A stretch of DNA of 64,000 nt. It comes from the human T2T-CHM13v2.0 reference genome, Homo sapiens. The stretch lies in assembly GCF_009914755.1 (NCBI RefSeq), contig NC_060930.1. The stretch is one strand, 5' to 3'. Numbering within the stretch: the stretch's first letter is position 1; each line of letters opens with the position of its first letter. This document shows, in pieces, positions 59,128-64,000 of this stretch. The notes below the pieces were generated by a model that saw only the letters and a list, made by a program, of their open reading frames with translations, was not told where the DNA came from and did no database searches. A program made the position numbers and the translations under genes.

Positions 59128-60569
59128 CTTACGTGACTAAATGAGGAAATGAATGAACATTAGAGTGTCTCATTCACTGCCTTCATTTCTGGATGAGGAA
59201 ATAGTCTCCAAGGATTGTAGTAACGTCTTCAAGGTATCCTTGCTTGGAGGACATATAATTCACTTCTTGCCTTCCAGGGCCGCATTCACCCCACTGCATC
59301 TGCCGGAACCCCGCTGACTCTTACACTGATGTGTATAGTTGAGATTGGGAGTCCAAGGAAAAGTGAGCCAAATCCAGAGGAGTAAATATTTTAGTATAAA
59401 AAATTGAAACTAAAAATAACATTATCAGAATGTAGTTTTTTTTTTCTTTTATGGGACAAATATCAGAGGGAAAGTTGGTGAAAATTTCCATTTATAATCC
59501 TAGACCCAGGTAAAGATCTCCATAAAACTCCAATGGCCATTAAAACGGTTTCAGGAAAACATATGCACACCTTTTACTACAGTTATTTTAATGGATTTGA
59601 TAAATTGCATTTACCAGTAGGTGGTAAAATCTCTGTTAGGCTGGAAGGAAGAATATTTAATTTCCATATCTTCCCCAGAAACGACTTAAACTTATATTTC
59701 CTGTCCTTGCTGCTGGATAGTAAGGATTGACACAAGTGAATATAAAAACTTGTTTAGTTCAATAATTCTGTTTATCTCCTCCATGCTGCCTCTCAGTGAA
59801 TAGAACACTCATATGTCAACCCCTTATGGCCTCATCTAGTTCCACCATTTATGCCTCTGAAATACTTCCAAACTGGCCCTCTTTTCCATTTCCTTTGAAC
59901 AAATGTAGGTGCTCACCCCCTCCTTTCTTTCACACTGCTATCAGTTATTGTTTTGAAACATAAGACAGATGATGTCATTTCCTAAAACCCTTACAACAGC
60001 TCTCCACTGCCTAGAGAATGAAGTCCTATTGAGTAAGTTATATCACTTCTCTGAGTCTCAATGTCCTCGTCTTGTTAACTCCCTCATGGGGTTAACAAGA
60101 GTTGAACTGGATACGTCTATAATGTGCTTGGAGCAAAGAATCCCACGAAGTGCTGAGAGCAGGTTAGTCATCAGCACCATTCATGCTGTTGCTCATGATC
60201 CCTTCCCAACCCCCAGGGTGATCACACGTGGCAAGGAATTGCTTACTTCCCACTTTGGAAACCGATAAAGTATTTTTCTGGATTCATGCAGTACTTTGTC
60301 CTTATTTGGTTGTGCCTTGAGTTGTTATTAGGGGTTATACGTCTTCATATCCCCCTCAAGTTGATGAAAGCCTTGAGACTGGGAACCTTGTCTGACTCTT
60401 CTATCTGCATTGCCAGTGCAGTGCTTACTTAGCACCTGGCAAGTGCTCAATAAACATTTGGTGAAACAGAAGAGATTTATCTGTGAGTCATTCAAAGCAC
60501 TTTATGTTTAAATGCACACATCTTAGAAAATAAATGTAATTTGAGATTACTATCCATTTACCCCTATGT

Positions 60570-61050
60570 AAAAACTAATTCTACTCGTTCCACAAATATG
60601 TATTGAGTATATATTATTGCCAGTCACTGTTCTAGGCACTGAGGATCCAACAACAACAACAAAAAAACCCAGATACATTTCCTGCCCTCATGGAGCTTCT
60701 ATTCCAGATAATGAAAACAATTAACAGAGAAGATTAAGAACATGATAAGTGTTATGGGTAAAAAGGAAGCAAGGAAAAAGATCTGATGAAAGAGTACTAT
60801 TTTATATGTGGGTAGTCCAGGCAGACTTCTTTGAGAGGGTAACATTTGAGCAAAAACCCAAGGGAAACTTGCAGCTACCCACAGAGAGCTCCCCAAGCAG
60901 CAGGAATGACCAGTGCCAAGGCTGTAAGGTAGAGTTCTCCAGGGAGTAAGAGGACTGCATTGTGTGGCTCTAGAACTGTGACTCCGAGAGAGTGGTAGGA
61001 GTGAGGTCAGAGGTAATAAAACCTGGATCTTATAGAACCTATGGGTTCAT
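60570..61050 (-). mobile_element. L2 fragment
   Basis: caaatatgtattgagt...gccagtcactgttctaggcactgagg...cctgccctcatggagctt. Confidence 0.65.
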
Positions 61051-61222
61051 GTCATTTGACTGTACAACTTCTCCCTCATCCTTGCCCCATCAAACGCTAG
61101 CCCCAGGATCAACCCCTTACTCTCCAGCAAAGAAAACTTTGCGTCCTGGTTCACAGACTGCCCTTTTCTACCTTTTGTCAGTAGTTCTAGATGTTTGCAA
61201 CATTCATGAAAACAAAGTGTCC

Positions 61223-61680
<458 letters not shown>

Positions 61681-61889
61681 TTATCAGACACTTTGCACTG
61701 CCCAATATATACCCTACCACCCTCATCCTCCACTGTGGCTGCTTTTGGTATCTTAGAGACCTCCAAGCTGTTGATACTGCAGTTTTGTCACATTTTATCA
61801 GTTCCTCTAAGGTGTCTTTCTGGTTTGCTTAGTCCAGACCCCAAACTTGATTATCTGGGCTGATCTCATATCTTTATTCTCAACTTAAA

Positions 61890-62650
61890 CAACATCAAAA
61901 TTCTGAAGGTAAAAAGAGGTGTAATGAAAAGTGAGTCTCCCTCTGGATCTCTCCCTTCAATAGACAGTTTTCAGTTTAGAAGATAATCACTGTTTTAAAC
62001 TTCTTATCTATCCACCTAGAAATATGCTATAAAATATGAGCACATAGATTTGTGTATATGTGTCTATAAACAGTTTTTAAGCATTTATATGTGTGTGTAT
62101 ACACCATTTGATAGTACATTAGAGATACTGCCTGGCATCCTACTTTGCACGCTGTAATTTGAAGATTGTTCTGCATTAGTGAATAGGGATATGTTTCATT
62201 ATTTTTGATGGTTGTATAATATTTCCTTGTCTGCTTACATCAACCTTTAACTTATCACTCCCAGGCTGATGGACTCTTGGCTGTCACAGACAGTTCTTTC
62301 ATGAGAAAGTTTTCATATGTGTCATTTCTCATGAATACTAGCTGCCCACAAGATATTCCTACAAATGGAATTGTTGATTTGAAGTGTATGAACATTTAAA
62401 ATTTATTTGGATAAATGTCACCAAATAACTTTCCACAAGAGTGTGCCAATTTAAACTCCTCCTAGTATTGAGGTGCCTGTTTATCTGCTAAATGAAAAAT
62501 GGCATCTCACTAGTGTTATTTGTATTTCTCTGATTATGAGTAAGGTTAACTATCTTTTCATATGTTTATGAGCTATTTGTATTTATTTTTCTAAGAGCAA
62601 TCTGTTCACATTAAAGTCTATTTTCAACTCTGCTTAATTGTCAAATGTTT
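61890..62650 (-). mobile_element. L1ME 3'-region fragment
   Basis: ttcctacaaatggaattgttg...atggcatctcact...tttctctgattatgagtaaggtt...ttttcatatgtttat. Confidence 0.6.
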
Positions 62651-64000
62651 GGAGTCAAAACTGTTCTAGTTAATATTTCTTCCCCATTATGTTCTCTGAG
62701 TAAACAATGTTACACTTCTGTCATCCTACTGGTTATCTACCAAACAGCTCTGTCTAAATATTTTGCCTAAATTTTTCCCTAGTGAATATTGGTGCTTGGC
62801 AGATGTGAGCTGGGGAGAGTGGGGACGGATGGCAGTGTTGTCCCAGGGCAGGTGGTTAGATTGAGCTCAGATCCTCACTTCCATAGCATGTGAAAGTCCA
62901 CAGTTTAGCCCTCTCCTTCCAGTTGTCACTGTACCTGGGAGTTGCGGGGAATCCTACACTCATCTCATTTTCTGCCTCCTGGATCTTTGTGTGACATATT
63001 TGGTTTCTACACATCCTCCGGGTACAGGCAACAAACTCACACTCCCTACATCTCTCTCAAGTACTTCCACAGAACTGGAATATTTTTGAATTTAGTTGAA
63101 TTTACCAAAGCTGTGAAGGTTATGAGACATCACACCTTTAAACACTCTTGCTGTTTTTTTTTTTTCAGACTCTTTTGTATTCTACATCTCTCCCCCGAAC
63201 TCCTTCCCCTACTTATTTCTCAAGCATAAGTTCCTCTTTTTATGTATATTGTCTTTTGGCGAGCACATTTTTTGAATTCTGTGTGACCTTTCCTATGTAC
63301 GAAATGGTATATACAAGTATTTCTTCAAAACAATGCGGTGCCCTTACTAAGATGAATTCCAGTGAATAAAATTTCTTCCATACATGTGTATCTGGAAATC
63401 TATCTAATTTTCATATATGTCTCATCTGCTAATACTTGACATAGGGATAGACTCAAGGGCTATGATGTTGACTTAAATGCCACATAATGCTGGTAGTTCA
63501 TGAGAAAGAATTTACAAGGTTCCTGCAATGAAAAACATTTTGAGTCAACTGCAAAGGTCTCATTGATAAGATGTAGGAAGGTGTTCTTCTTTTTCTTATC
63601 TAAATTTATGTGTACTGGTCAGTTATAGGTATTCATGCCCAACTTCCATACTGAAGATTTCTGACATTGATATAAAATTCTGCATTGTAGATCAACCCTC
63701 AGCTTCTAATAATCTTTGTTCAAAGGTCAGTGCTTTTTAGAATAGGTGTCCTGGCACTAGCAACCACTCCGTTTTTTTTTGTTGTTGTTGTTGTTGTTTA
63801 TTTTTTTAAGATTTCTCACTGGACTATTATTCCCTGATATGTTTATGAGCCTTTTATTATATGATTTTTCTGCCCCATTCACAATGTAGAAGTCATTGGG
63901 CATAATGTTTATTATTCAACTTTCTGTCTCCATTAACAAATTTATCTACACACACACAGTCTTCCCTTATTTCCAACAGTCTTGGTGGATGGGCACTTCT

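Overview
AT-rich, repeat-dense primate (human-like) genomic DNA that looks intergenic or deep intronic. I find no supportable protein-coding gene, RNA gene or CpG island. The longer listed ORFs come from Alu, L1, LTR or low-complexity sequence. The window is a layered transposon record: about 15 Alus (J, S, Y), L1PA/PB/M fragments, L2, CR1/L3, MIRs, Tigger/MER DNA transposons, many solo LTRs, and a ~8 kb minus-strand MER4-group ERV1 internal relic (~1.85-9.94 kb) that retains a decayed gag matrix-like frame. The most distinctive signal not explained by TEs is a set of short local duplications. Four ~100-235 bp segments are recopied 1-2.6 kb away: direct at 8389/10972 and 45081/46040, inverted at 41566/42638 and 54831/56850. 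Several compact alternating-orientation quasi-palindromes also occur (11107-11197, 17060-17141, and 61184-61590 with an Alu in its loop). Together these look like fossil templated-insertion or template-switch repair scars. One strong CTCF motif lies at ~26.9 kb. Repeat family names are from memory of consensus sequences and need RepeatMasker/Dfam confirmation. I see no evidence for a novel gene system.
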